Shown here: positions 22,900 to 36,000 of the stretch, piece by piece
Position numbering within the stretch: the stretch's first letter is position 1
How the letters are laid out: each line of letters opens with the position of its first letter
Source of the DNA: Gekko japonicus
Taxonomy: Eukaryota
NCBI RefSeq assembly: GCF_001447785.1
Contig: NW_015164680.1
Location: 731,980-795,979 of the forward strand
Direction: 5' to 3'
Length of the DNA: 64,000 nt
Notes under the pieces: generated by a model
What the model was told of the DNA's origin: nothing
The model's input: only the letters and a program-made list of their open reading frames with translations
Databases searched by the model: none
Position numbers and translations under genes: made by a program

Positions 22900-24000
22900 T
22901 CGGGTACTGTGATTTGCCAAACATCCTGGCCGAGTGATTACACCCATGTTTCCTGCGAAAACAGGCACCGTTGTAACGTGGGTACAAATACTCCCCGCAC
23001 ATTCCAGCACGTACAGATTAACACTTCGAGACCGTGACGGAAATTCCCGAACTCCGTAAATTCCCGAGAGACTCCGTCTCCATACTGCCCCTCCCCCAGG
23101 CATTCCCCCACCAATCTCCCTTCTCCCCCAGAAACGGTATCGCTCCATTCGCCCCGCCTTTCTCCCTCTCCATAGGCGAGCTCGGTTACAGGGATCACCA
23201 ATCAGAATTCTTGTTGCCAAGTCAATCCTTCCCTTCGGCTCCCCCGTTCCACACCAGCTCCCGGCAGAGAAGCCACGCCCATTGGTTTTTGCCCCGCCCT
23301 ACTGTCCAGCCGGCCGGAAGGATGCGCTCCCGGAAGTTCCGGTGGGGCCATCGCTGTGTGGGGTAAACAGTAATGGCGGAGGCTGCGGTGGCCCCCGGTG
23401 GTGGCGGAGCAGCGGCAGCGGCAGCCGCGGCAGCTGGAGGGGCGGCTGTCACGGCTTCCAGCCCTTCCACTGCTGGCGCCACCACCACCACCACCACGGC
23501 CTCCAGCCCCCCCGCAGCCGGACCCCAGCCCCCGCCAGTCGGAGCCGGAGGAGGAAGCAGCGGCTGTTGGACGAAGCAAGTCGCCTGCAGGTAACGTGCT
23601 GAGGCGGCGGCGGGTGATGGCGCCCGTGTCTCCCCTGTAGCTCCCCCCCCCCCATTCCCGCTNNNNNNNNNNNNNNNNNNNNNNNNNNNNNNNNNNNNNN
23701 NNNNNNNNNNNNNNNNNNNNNNNNNNNNNNNNNNNNNNNNNNNNATATATCCAGGCATTGTTTGGCTGCGTCTCTTTTCTCTTAAGCGCGTTCTTCTGTC
23801 GGATATCCTCCCTGGCTGTGCAGGTCGTGCTGCCTGTTTGTTCTTGATTCGGACTAAACTCAGTTGACGAAAGCCCGGGTCTCCCCCGAGTCCACAGTCC
23901 GCCCCCCGAAAAAACAAAACAGCGGCGGAGGCTGTAGCAGGGGTCTGAGTGAGTAGCAGCCTGCGGTATCCGGTCGCCGCTGACTGCTTCTTCTTTATTT
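22900..24000 (+). promoter_or_regulatory. MKRN1 CpG-island promoter
   Basis: CpG/GC-rich region spanning exon 1; CCAAT boxes (23111; ATTGG at 23281), GC box GCCCCGCCC 23291-23299, ETS motifs CCGGAAG at about 23314 and 23330; no TATA box. Confidence 0.8.
23373..23590 (+). CDS. MKRN1: MKRN1 exon 1 (Ala/Gly/Thr-rich N-terminus to WTKQVACR)
   Basis: MAEAA...GCWTKQVAC; donor CAG|GTAACG. Confidence 0.95.
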
Positions 24001-27000
24001 TTGGAGTCGGTTAGGTTTTCTTATCTGGTGGCTGACAAGATGATGTCATTGGTTTGCTTCGCGGCCACAGTTGTTCCCCTAGTGATGTTTAGGATCTTGT
24101 TGGATCCCCCTGGGTGGGGTCTGCTGTACGGTCGCTGGAATGCGTCCATCGTTAGACTGAAGTGGGGTTTCAGACTTTGCTCATTGAAATGGTCGGGTAC
24201 AGGCTACTGTTCCTCTTTCTTTTTGTCCCATCCTGTTGCTATTTGCTTTTCTCCGACAGAGTTCTTCCCCGTCCTATGACAGAATATCCCTTTGCATGCT
24301 GCTCAGTAACCCCTTGTATGGGGTTTTCTGTAAGGTTTGGGGACAGTTTATTCTTGATTTGTGTGCGTCACAGATACAGTTAGGGTCACCTGTCTTGAAA
24401 GGTTTGACTGATAAGGAGCAGGTATGCTCAGTCATTTGTGGAGTTCACACACAAAGCCCAAATGCATCATTAGGGTGTAGTCTTTAGTTTCCTATGGATT
24501 TCGAGAACAATTTCCTTAGGTGTGAAACTGGAGGCAAAAGTGTATCACACTGTGACTTATAATTAAGGGAAACCCTGGGGACTGGATATAATTGCTTGTG
24601 GGCTGCCAGTTGGCTGAACCTGATCTAGTGAGTGAGATCGGATTGTTTTTTAAATATTCAGTGCTGGGGGGGAAATCCTTGATACTAAGTGTTAATGGGT
24701 ATAGTTTTTATCCAGAGTGTTATATAGTCTTTGTTATTTCTGATCAGTTGCCAGGTCCCATTGCAGTATGATTTCTTTTGTGAGTTTTGAAGCTTCTCAG
24801 TATATCTAATTTTCAACAGGGCCAGATCTGTGGATACTTGCATCCAGAGACTGGAGCCATGAACAGAGACGACCTTTCTGTAAACCTGAAAAAGCCCCAG
24901 GTTTGCAAACAACTCCCCCCCAATCTAAAAACAAAAACCAGAGTGGTGTGAACCTCCCAAAATAATACAAGTAGCTGTAGTTCTTAGAAACAGATGCTCT
25001 CTGTGGCTGTCGCCAGGCAATCACTGGCAGTGCTGCCTGTTGAAACCTTTAATTTCTGCCAGTTAAAGCCTGGGGGAGGGGGCAGGGCCCTTTCCAGAGC
25101 TGTTTTGGCTTAGAAAGGGAGGACTCATTGGGGTCAGGCCCACTTGCAACCTCTGCTATTCTGGTTATTAATAGACAGTGGTAAATGCTTTCTTAACTTT
25201 AATTCTTTTGTCTTGAAATCACTTGATCTTAGTAAGTTTCTTTCTTTAAATTGGTTATATCTATACTAAAAATGAGTGAAGCGCCTGCCACTTTTAGAAA
25301 GCTTAGGAAATATAGCTTTATAGTGGTATGAATCCTTAAACACAGAGACTAGTTCTTAGGGTTGTCCAAAAAGAATATCTGTTAGCCTGTTACCAACCCT
25401 CCCCACACTGTAGCCCCTTGACATCAAAAGGTACATATCAATGTGTAAGACACATTGATATTTCGTAGGTGTGCCTGAAATAAGAGTTAATGAACAGAGA
25501 TTAAGGATGCTCAGGTATGTTAATCCTATATCAAAGAATTGGGGACAGTGCTTGGTTGGGAGAATTGTGTTTCCTGTAATACTTGTTCATAGCTTTTCAG
25601 CTTCCAGTGATTAGATAGAAGGTATGTATGTCTTAAGAATGCATTGTAGCTTTGAGAAGAGTTGAAGATAATCATGCTATTCTGTAAGACCCTTATTTTA
25701 GTATTTTGAATTAATATCCACCAGCGAATGAATTGGTTTAGATTTTTATGAATGGTATTTGTTGTGGTCAATGATGTGTGGTGGACAATGTTCTGATGGA
25801 ACGTTTTTTCATGGAACGTTTTCTACCCCATATATGTAAATATAAACTGTTTATATACAGTTGTTGTGCTGCAAATTAGTCATGTTAGGCTAAATATAGG
25901 ATACGAAACACAACCATCAGTACTCAGTTCAGTTAGCCAGGGAGGAACTGAAAAATAAAATATGACTTCTGCTCCCCGTGTACCATGCAGTTAGCTACAG
26001 GGTCTAGTCTGGCTTGTACATGGTATGTTTGCCTTCTTTTGCTACCATTCAGTAACAAGCTGAAGCAAGACATAAGAATACAAACATGTGTGTGTGTGTG
26101 CAGATTAAAATTTAAAAACAATAAACCAGCAGTAAACACAACTAATCAGATGGTGTTAGACATTATACATCCTTCCCTAGGGGAGGAGATGGAGGAGGCC
26201 AGGCTTGATGGTAGACTGTTGATGTCCTCAGCCATAGGCGTGGCGGAACATCTCCGTCTTACAGAACTGTTTTAGGTCCTGCAGGGCACAGATGTCATCA
26301 TGCAGAGAGTTCCACCAGGCCAGCGCTGGGGGGGGGGAGTATATTGAGAGAGGCGGTCCCATAGATATGCTGGAAGTCAGTAAATAAAATACATTGTTAT
26401 TTTACCATGATTAAACATACATTGGGCTTCTAATACAGAGGAGCTGGAAGAAGAAGAAGACTTTCTATGATACAGATCAACTCGGCAAATAAAAGCAAAG
26501 CAACCTACAGTACACATGCCTTAGACAGAGGTCCACAAATGTTAGTTTGGTTGAGAAGCCAGGCATTTTTTTCAGTTCCTTCCTCCACATTCAGAGAACT
26601 CTGGAAGGGCCAGAATCTTTTCTCTTGTTTTGCATTGGACTTTGGAGAAGGTTAGAAGCAGCACAAGTCTCTCCTTCTGCTCCCTGTTTCTGCATCGTCT
26701 GATGCAAAGAGGTCATCTCTCTATATATGAGATTCCCACCATCACCAAGTAGTTAGAAGTGTCCCCCTGTAACTCAAAAGGACAGACGAGGGACAAGGAG
26801 CAGCGGGTAACCCAGGAAGCAATGAACTTCAGTTTTGTGGGGTGTTCTTGGGGGTGGAAATTGATAGGGAACACTTCCTGATTAATTTGTGTTCCTGTTA
26901 TGTAACTATTGAAATTAGAGGTAATCTTTCCAAAGGTTTTTGTAATTATGCTTTGAAAGTGGTTTTCTGTTGGATTAGGTTTACAGGCTGAATAATTATA

Positions 27001-30000
27001 TCAAAGGATTACGTGACATGACCGTCATTTTATTTACTTTACAGCAACAGAGATTTAATAAACAATGCAATATGAGTAGGATTACAAAAAGTAGAAACAG
27101 AGCAAAAAAGTATCTGACATATGTCAAACCGTGCAGGAAATGGAGTTACGAAAGTAGAAAACAATGCAGTACGATAAGGATAATGCATACAACATAATAC
27201 ATACAACACAAAAGAGTATAGACTATTGTCCCGTTCCTCTTATAAAAGAGAAAAAAGGTATCCAAGCAAGATGGCATAGAATGCATTCAGAAATGTATCT
27301 TCATTTTCCATATTTTAAAAAAGTTAACTTTAGTATTGGCATTATGATGAGATTGACTCAATAAGGGAAGGAACAGCCCTTAGTCTGCAAGACCCAAGCA
27401 AGGCTGTTAATGATAGGACGTTTTGGAGGTTGTTAATTCATAGGGTCACCATAAATTGGAAGCGACTTGATGATGCTTAACACCTACACGTTGGCTTCAT
27501 GATAGTTGGTCAACCAATAAGGCAGAAAGATAGTTATTTTGCTACTTAAATATATACATTCAAAATATATACATTTAAAATTAAATAGTTGAAAGTATCT
27601 CAAATTCTTATTGTATTAGTCAGTATTATCATTCTGTATTGCAGAACAAAGACTTTCTGTAAGAAGTGATGGATGCTGCAAATGTATGTGTTAATCTAAG
27701 ATAAAGGGATACACAGAAGAATAACATCTACGTTTTCAGTGTCGTTAGTAGCTGGAAAATAATTTCCAGTTCGTGGGAGCTTTCATCAAATTTTGAGAGT
27801 TGAACAACAAGGCAACTGCTTGTAAACTGTCAATGAAACTAAATTATATGTATTTTATGTTACTTTTGTGTTCAAAGCTGAAGGAGGTAAAATTGGTCTA
27901 TCTTGGCGAAGGAGAATAAAAATATCTAGTTACTTATAATGAAAAATTGGCAGTGCTAAATGAGGGGGCGTTGGTCCCTTTCATGACAAAGGCTTGCTGT
28001 AAAATTTCTAGGTAAAGGGGTTGTGGGTTGGATTTATTCTAAGCAGGAATGTTGAGGTCCATAACTCATTATACTGGCCTCTTTCTAGTGAGAGTTTTAA
28101 CCTGCTGATGGACTTCAATGACAATCTGGTTTTGTCTAGCTGATAAATAACAGATTGAATGCTCTGATGCATCTCATGTCCAGGTTTACCTGTAAGCACA
28201 AATATGGGAGATTTTTGATGGTCTCTGATCGGCAGATGTAGCTTGAAGTTGCTTCGTGGAAGTATATGCTTTCAGGCCTGTGCCTGTCCACTTCATTGGC
28301 CCCAGCTGCTTCCATTGTGGAAGTACCAAAATGTAGGGCAAAACAAATTTATTTTAATGTTCTGCATCCTACCAGGTTAATAGCTACTAGACAATGGAGT
28401 GGCCATCTCTTCACCTGTTGAATCCTCACAAATCTTCCTCTAATGGTTGCCGGAGGCTTGAAAACTATGAATAGTCTAAATTGGAGTGCTTACCAAGAAT
28501 AAATACATATAAAGTACAGACAATAGCTGTGAAGTCATAACACATGAGTCCTAAGCAGAAACCCAAAGTTCACAGTTATTTGTTACAGAGCAAACAGGGT
28601 ACAGATCTAGACAGCTATGGAGTCGTTCCTTTGTGGAAAGGGATGTTTTCACACTGCTCTTCTTATCCCAAAGAGTGAAACGATAAGTGATTGCTAGGAT
28701 AACTAAAACAGTATCAAATAGTTAAGAGAAGTGGGTGCAATAGAATCTAATTTATATGACTCTTCAGATCTTGTTTTAGAAACGAATTCCTTTGGAAATA
28801 TACATTATAGATTAATTTTAAATTGCAGGTTTAGAAAAGTTAACAGAATGGGCTAAGCAAATATGCTTAGGTATGGCTTAATATGCTTAGGTATGCAGCC
28901 TTAGACTGGAGATCTTTCTGACTGAAATTTTCAGGCTGGTCTGTATTATGGCTTTGCCCAGGTTATTACTGAATTGGAATGGCTCCAACTGGAACCTGGC
29001 TTTAGCCATCTGTATTGAACACAGTAAGAATTTGGTATGGGCACCACTGAAATTAAATTTGCATAGGTCAAATATCATTGTACAAAAGTGGCACTTCATG
29101 CCCACAGGCCTTTGACTAGGGGGCTGCATCATACAGACTGAGGCCCTGGTCTCGATGTTAACATCAGTATTAACATCATTTAACAGCCTGCATAACCCAG
29201 ACTACGATGGTATCTGATTGCTTGTTTTGTTGGATGCTGCCTATGCCCGCCATCATATATGAACCATCTAGCACTAGCACTTTGTGATGTTTTTATATTT
29301 ATATTATTTATGATTTTACCTATATTTGTTTTAGTTGTGTACATGTGTAAAATTCCATGTAAGCCGTCCTGAGCCTGCCAAGGCAGGGAAGAAATAAAGG
29401 CATTCTGGCCTACCTTTCTCTTACAAAAGAACTCAAGACAGGTAACATTTAACACTCAGAATAATAATTAAAACCCAAAATCAAGACAGCCAAATATCAT
29501 TGACCATTGACATGTTCTCCACATGTGACTCTGAAGAGTCAGTGCCAGTCAGAGAATACAGTGCCAACCTTGATAGACCAGTGGTCTGAATGGGTATAAG
29601 GGAGCTTCATGTATTGTGCATGCATTTTGAATAACTCAGCCTAGCATTGCTTCTGAAATGATGACAACATGGGGGTCTTCATAAAATGTTCAGAAAGGCC
29701 ATTTCACAGAGTAGGAGCCACTGCTGGAAAAATTCCAACATGGGCAGAAGCTATCTGCCTACAGTTTGGTAATGTTAAGTAGATCTTGATCAGCAGAGTA
29801 GAGTAGCCGCCCAGATCTCATTGTATTTCTTCCCACAACGGGCATTACTCCTATTATGTAAATATAATCCAATTCAAATTTCCCCAGAAAGCACACATCA
29901 CCGGTGCCAAGCCCATTTTACATGGAATTACTGCAGGGTTTGGAGATACTATATATATTTTTTGCTGTTATTCCAGCATATGTTTTAATATGCTCCCGGC

Positions 30001-33000
30001 TTTGGCCGGGAGGGCGGGATAGAAATGTAATAAATCAAATCAAATATCTAGGTGTGGTGCTGATACTGGAGGGCTGACAGCATGTGAGCAGTTTTATTAA
30101 TGCAAATACTGACACAGGACAGTTTCTACAGATTTCTCCCTTCCCACTTCAGACCGTTCGCCATGTCATTCCTCAGGGTTCACTATAATCTAGGATTCGT
30201 ATTTTTGGAGATCAGGGGCTGCAATGGAAGGCGGGGAGGTAGGAAGGTTCCATTCTGCAATTAGAAAATTTAATCTGGCTCCAGCTCAGGGGTGTGTTTA
30301 GTCTGTTTGAGCTCTGGGGGATATGAAATGCATTCTGTCTTCTGTTCAGGGCATATTAGATGCTTCTCTTGTCTTCCCTCTGCCCCTAAGTAAGTTCTTA
30401 TATTGTGAAAGTCTCTCTGCTGTTGGAAGGCCTAGAGTTAAGTTAGCGAATGCTTTTTGAATATCCTGTTGTTGCAGTAAACTTTATCGAGAGCAGCTCT
30501 GCATGTGTGGGATTCGAGTATTTACCTAATCTGCTGATAGCGAGTTTGGTCTCCTGGTTGCTTTGTTCATTAAAATAAAGAATCCTTTGGTCTAGAATTT
30601 TTTTCTCTGGGGTTACAAATTAAGATCAAATCTATCAAATAAAACATTCAGAATCTGCAGCCTTACCTGAAAGATGCTGACCTGTATCAACAAATCCTGT
30701 TTCATTTTATTGTAACTTACTTCCAAGTAAGTGTTCAGATTCTAGAGCCAAGGTAAAATGCTTTGTTGCTAAGATATGATCAGTTTATAAACAGAGCCTC
30801 TTTATACTACACAGATATTAGTTAATTTATGATAACAATCTGTTGTTGTTTAAATCAATGGAAGGGATTTCTGATTTTTTAAAATTAAGGTGGAATTGCA
30901 CATCCTGTTTGCTCATAGAATAATTGTTTTGGCTTTTATTGATGTGTTAATTATTCTGCTCTTAGCTGTTTTTCCTTTTTATGTTTTTGTAGGCTTTATT
31001 TCCATGTATTGTAATATAGAAACTTCTGAAGCTGGTAGATACACTGCATCTTGCGTAAAAAGGAGAAGCCAGAATAATAATTTTTTTTCTGTTTTAGAAG
31101 TCTTGCCATTGACTGTTGACCATTGATGTCTCCCTGGAGTATTTAGCTATTTCATGGGAACTTCAGCTCCACTAAATCAGTAGAACAGCTAGAGTCAAGT
31201 TCAGTAGCACTTTAGAGACCAAGAAGATTATTGGGAAATAAGCTCTGGAGAGTCCAAAGCTCCCTTTGTCAGAGCTTTGACTCTCAAAATCTTATACCCC
31301 AAAATCTTGTTGGTCTGTAAGGTGATACTGGCCTTGATTATAGCTGTTCTACTGTAGACCAACATGGCTACCCTCTGGAACTAACTCAGCTAGTAGTTAA
31401 TGTAGAATTATCATTTTGGTCTTTGTGTTTTCCACTGTCCTGGGAGTCCAACAGTTTGTTTCTATGATAAGAGATGTAATGTAAACGTAGCATGTTGAAT
31501 TTTCCTTTCCACAATTTGAATTTTCCTTTCCACAAGCCACAACTTCATTGCCTCACACACACACACCACTACAGCCCTGCATGCTTCCTGAAATTTTGCT
31601 CCTGGGGAACCCCCAAGAACACCTTGAGGGGGAAAGTCAGTGATCTGTTGCAGAAATCAGCAAAAATCACACCTCTCTCTTCCATCCATAGAAATCCTAC
31701 ATGGGATCCAATCCCCTTCTTGGCAATAGAGAAACATGGAAATAAATGTGTGTATTGTTTCAAGGAGGAATCTGTAGAGAAACATAAAAAACTTACCAGT
31801 CAAAAAGGGTACATTTCAAGGACAACCAGTTTTTAGACATGAATATGTCTTTGTGCTTTTCCCCACAACATCATTGCACACATAAATGTATTCATATTTA
31901 GTGCCATTTTGTTACATTGCTGTTTTGGAGTAATATCAGCGCTGAAAGGAAGGCCCAAAAGAACTAAATTTTAGCAGTCAGGGACATCTGCAAAGCCTCT
32001 CACCATACTGCTTAATCTTGAACCGTTAAATATTTCAGCACTTGGGATACAGTTACAAATAAATTTCGGAGATTTAAGTTATATCTACATTATGTGGACT
32101 CGGGTTAATATTATTTTGTCATATTTATGATATTTGAAGCATGGTGTGACTGAAAGCTAGAGGCCAATGAAAGAGAAATGGCCCTGAGTGTCAGTTTTCA
32201 GAGACTCTTCAGTTAATGCTGCATCCTGATGAATGCATGCACCCAATTCTGTGTGACATGGGATTCTTGGCATGATTGCCTGTTGCATAGAAACACACAC
32301 ACACTCCTGTTCCTAGAAGGAAGGAGAGTTAACTGCTTAAGCAGAAAGACAGTGGCTGTCTGCCCAAGGTATAAATGTGTGTCCTTTGGAATGGTATCTT
32401 TATATTGTGATTTGTTTAGTGTGTTGCTGTAATTGGTGTCACATAGGGGCCACGCCGAACACTGGGAATTCAATGAATGGAAATCAGGATCATGGTTTTG
32501 CGGGGGTGGGTGTATGTGTTAGGGGGTGTTAACGCTTTCCTTCCCATTTGTGTGATTTTCCTGACCTGAAACAGCCTTATAGTCACTGTTTTCCACTCTG
32601 GGGTGAACATACAGATACCCATGTTGGTACTTGCATGTTTTCCCAAGAGGGCAAATAGTGGCTCCACGACTGATGTCAGGAAAATGGTATGGAGGCAGAA
32701 GGCTTTAATCCCCCTTTCCCCGTGTGCTGTGGTCCCAGTCTGAACAGGGCTATGCATGCCTAATAGTTAAGTGGGGAGGGGGGAGTTAATTACACAAGTA
32801 AACCTACCTCTTCTATCACAAACCTTTCTTTTGAACAACTGGTCAGACCTCCATGGTAACAAAAGTAAGACCGGACTAATTCACACTTTACTAGTGGTAG
32901 CACAAACCAAAATAGCTGCTAACTGGCTTGATAAGTCCCCACCCACTATAGAATCCTGGCCAGATCATTTATGGAATCATTTCATCATGGGCAAGATCTC

Positions 33001-36000
33001 ACTCCACACCTCAAATATACCCTCACATAAATCAGAAACCACGTTCATTGAGACTTGGTATCCAATCATTTCTTATATGGCTGAGGCTGAAGTAATCCCA
33101 AAAAATCCTCTTTATAGACAGATGATTTATTTTTGAACTGAATCTAACCTATGGTAACTTCGCTCCTTAGACCTGGTATTCAAATTATCAGAACAATGCT
33201 CCTAGTTGTTTATGGAATAAAGCTTAAAAACCAGTAAACTAGACTTAATTCTCGACAATTTTAGTATTATTAGTACTGTTGAATTGTTTGTGTATATTTC
33301 AGTTACATTATGTTCTGTTAGTGTGTTATACTTATTTCAAAACAATGTACTTGGTTATAATACTATGCTTATGTATTATACAGAAATACTTATATGTACT
33401 ATGTAAGCTATTTGATTGCAATAAGTTTGATCCTTCTGTAACTGTTTAATGCTTGCATAAAATAAAATATAAATAAAAAAGTGGGGGGAGTGGAAGCACC
33501 ATTCATGGTGCTTACGTCTGGCTTGGTCCTCAGTTTCTTGGTCCTCAGTGTGAACACTGAGCTCCTTATGGACCAGGCATTCATCTTTCTGTCGTACATT
33601 TCCTCCATCCTTCTTCCAGGAGGTTCATGGCATATATGGTTCTCCCTCACCTGTTCTGTCCTTACAGTGGCCTTGTAAGATGTGGGCCATGCGACTGACT
33701 TGCTCAACACCAGTCAAGAAAATCATTGCATGGTGGGGATTTCTTATTTTACCTCAGAATGGCTGCAAATTATGGTTTTAATTAAGTCAGCATCAGCAGC
33801 TACAGTCTTGGCCTTTAGATAGCCTCTATCTTGAACAAGTTTGTACATTAGTTATCGGGGGTCTTCCATTTCATTCTTCTCTCTCCTGGAATCTCTGTCT
33901 GTGACGTTCTACAACTAGCATTTGGAACCATGTCTCAAGGCTGACCTGCCTTGATCTGAGAGAGTTGCTCCTCTGTCTGCAACCCGAGACCCTGGAGTGT
34001 AGCTCTCTGTGATAATGTAACCAAGTTTCACTCGGGTTTGAACCAGGAGACTCACAGCAATGTACCATAAAGCAAAATTAAACTTTATTGGAAAGGAAAT
34101 AAAAAGATTTTGAAAGCAATATAGTTCCATTGCATAGTTCAAGCACACAGGAAATAATAAAACTGGCTTTCTTAAATGCACTTAGTGAGTAAGGGTTCTG
34201 CAGTGCAGGTCTTAACTTCTTAAAGATCTAGCAAATGCAAATTTGGTCCAAAACAAGCAGCAAAATCCATTATTGATGTAGCATATAGTAAAAGCCAGCA
34301 TGGTGTAGTGGTTAAGAGCAATGAACTCTAATCTGGAGAAGCGGTTTTGATTCCCTACTCCTCCACATGAAGCCTGCTGGGTGACCTTAGGCCAGTCACA
34401 ATTCCCTCAGAACTCTCTCCACTCTACCTGTCTCACAAGGTGCCCGTTGTGGGTAAAGGAAGGCGATTGTAAGCCTCTTTGAGATTCTTAAGATAGAGAA
34501 AAGCGGGGTAGAAAAACCAAGTCTTCTTCTGGTACTAGGGATGGAGAAGGGAAATAGGATGAGATGGGGTGTGGCTTGGTAGAATAGGCTGCATTTTCTA
34601 ATGAACATGGGCCATGCACCTCCTGATCTCCTTCAGCCAGTCATCATGCTGTCTCCAAGGAAGATGAGCACATTCTTGCCCCCCCCCCCCAATTTCTTCC
34701 AGCTGAAACTAGTGAGCTAATTAGTAGGCCTGCTGAAACGGCCTTGGTGGAGTAACAATCTGTGTGTGGGGGAGTGGTGGCTGACACCTGTTGTTGGCTG
34801 TACGGCGCAGAGAAAAACCCTCTTTAAGTGGAATTTTACTCAGAAGTCGGCTTCTCTCTCAACACCATGTTCATTGCTGTCCAGAGTTCTTAGGAGTCCC
34901 ATGGGGGGAAGTCTATTCCCCAGGTGCTCCAGGTGTTTAAGACCAAGACGCGGAGTCCTTATATGGCCACAAGCTCATAGCCCTAAGATGGAAATCATTC
35001 AGATGTCATTCCTGCATGCAATTTTGGGAGTACCTTCTTGTGTGTCCTCTTCAACTCTTTGATTCCAAGCCAGCATAAAATCATTAACTACCTTGGCTGA
35101 GATTGCTGCTATAAAATGAACTTAAATTTACTGCTTTCGAGCTCTCTTTTACTTGAATGCCTTAAGTGTGACCCCTTTGTGAGTATTTGCAGAAATAACA
35201 ACTTCGGGATTCTCGCTCTGGGATTCAGCAGAGCTTTTGCTGCATCGAGGAGCAGCCTTGAGTTGCAAGATAGGTCAGATGTCATCATACCTGATGCTAA
35301 GCACATCTGCTCACCTTTTCCTTTGGGCTTTTTACCTTTGGGCCCATTTGTCTGCCATGGATATTTTTACTTCACAGTTTATCATTGTTGCTTTTTTCTG
35401 GCTAGATTTAATGCATTACTAATTACAGAACTTTGGGGAAGATTTTCCAACATTCCACGTGATCTGAATTTTTGTCCATGTGGTTTCCAGATCCTTGAAA
35501 CTACTGAACATTTTCTTATTTCCTGTAGACTTTATATAGAGTTGAGGGCATCCTTGTCCCCCCCCCCTTTTTAGTGTCTTTTTCAACGGCCTCCAAGTGA
35601 TTACTGTCTCATTAACCTTCTCTCTAGCAATGACAGAGATACTACACTGGCAATTGCCAAATACGTTTCTGACTTGGAAATGCTTAAAATACAGGTTGAT
35701 TATCATTCTGGAATTTAATTCCTTCGGTTTGTTCTGTTCTTCTTTTATTTTGTCTTGATTTGAGTTCCTAGCCATCATCTGATTTGGCCAATGATTTTGC
35801 TATCAGTTGTTTAGCTCGGCTTTTGGTTTTATATTATTCTAAATTGTGTATTTTATATATAGAATTTTGCCCTGCCTAAAAGCCCTATGAACTATGTAGA
35901 CGTACTTGCTAATAAATGGGGATTTGAACCCTGCTCTCCCAGATCCTAGACAGCCTTCTCAACTGCTACAGTATGTTGGCTTTTTGTGTCCATGCCTGCG

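Noticed and set aside
1-23000. DENND2A exons expected from mammalian synteny
   Set aside because: I could not recognise any DENN-domain coding sequence in this interval.
23202-23917. Long GC-rich ORFs on both strands around MKRN1 exon 1
   Set aside because: Stop-poor CpG-island sequence and antisense/alternative frames of exon 1; one ORF runs through an N gap.
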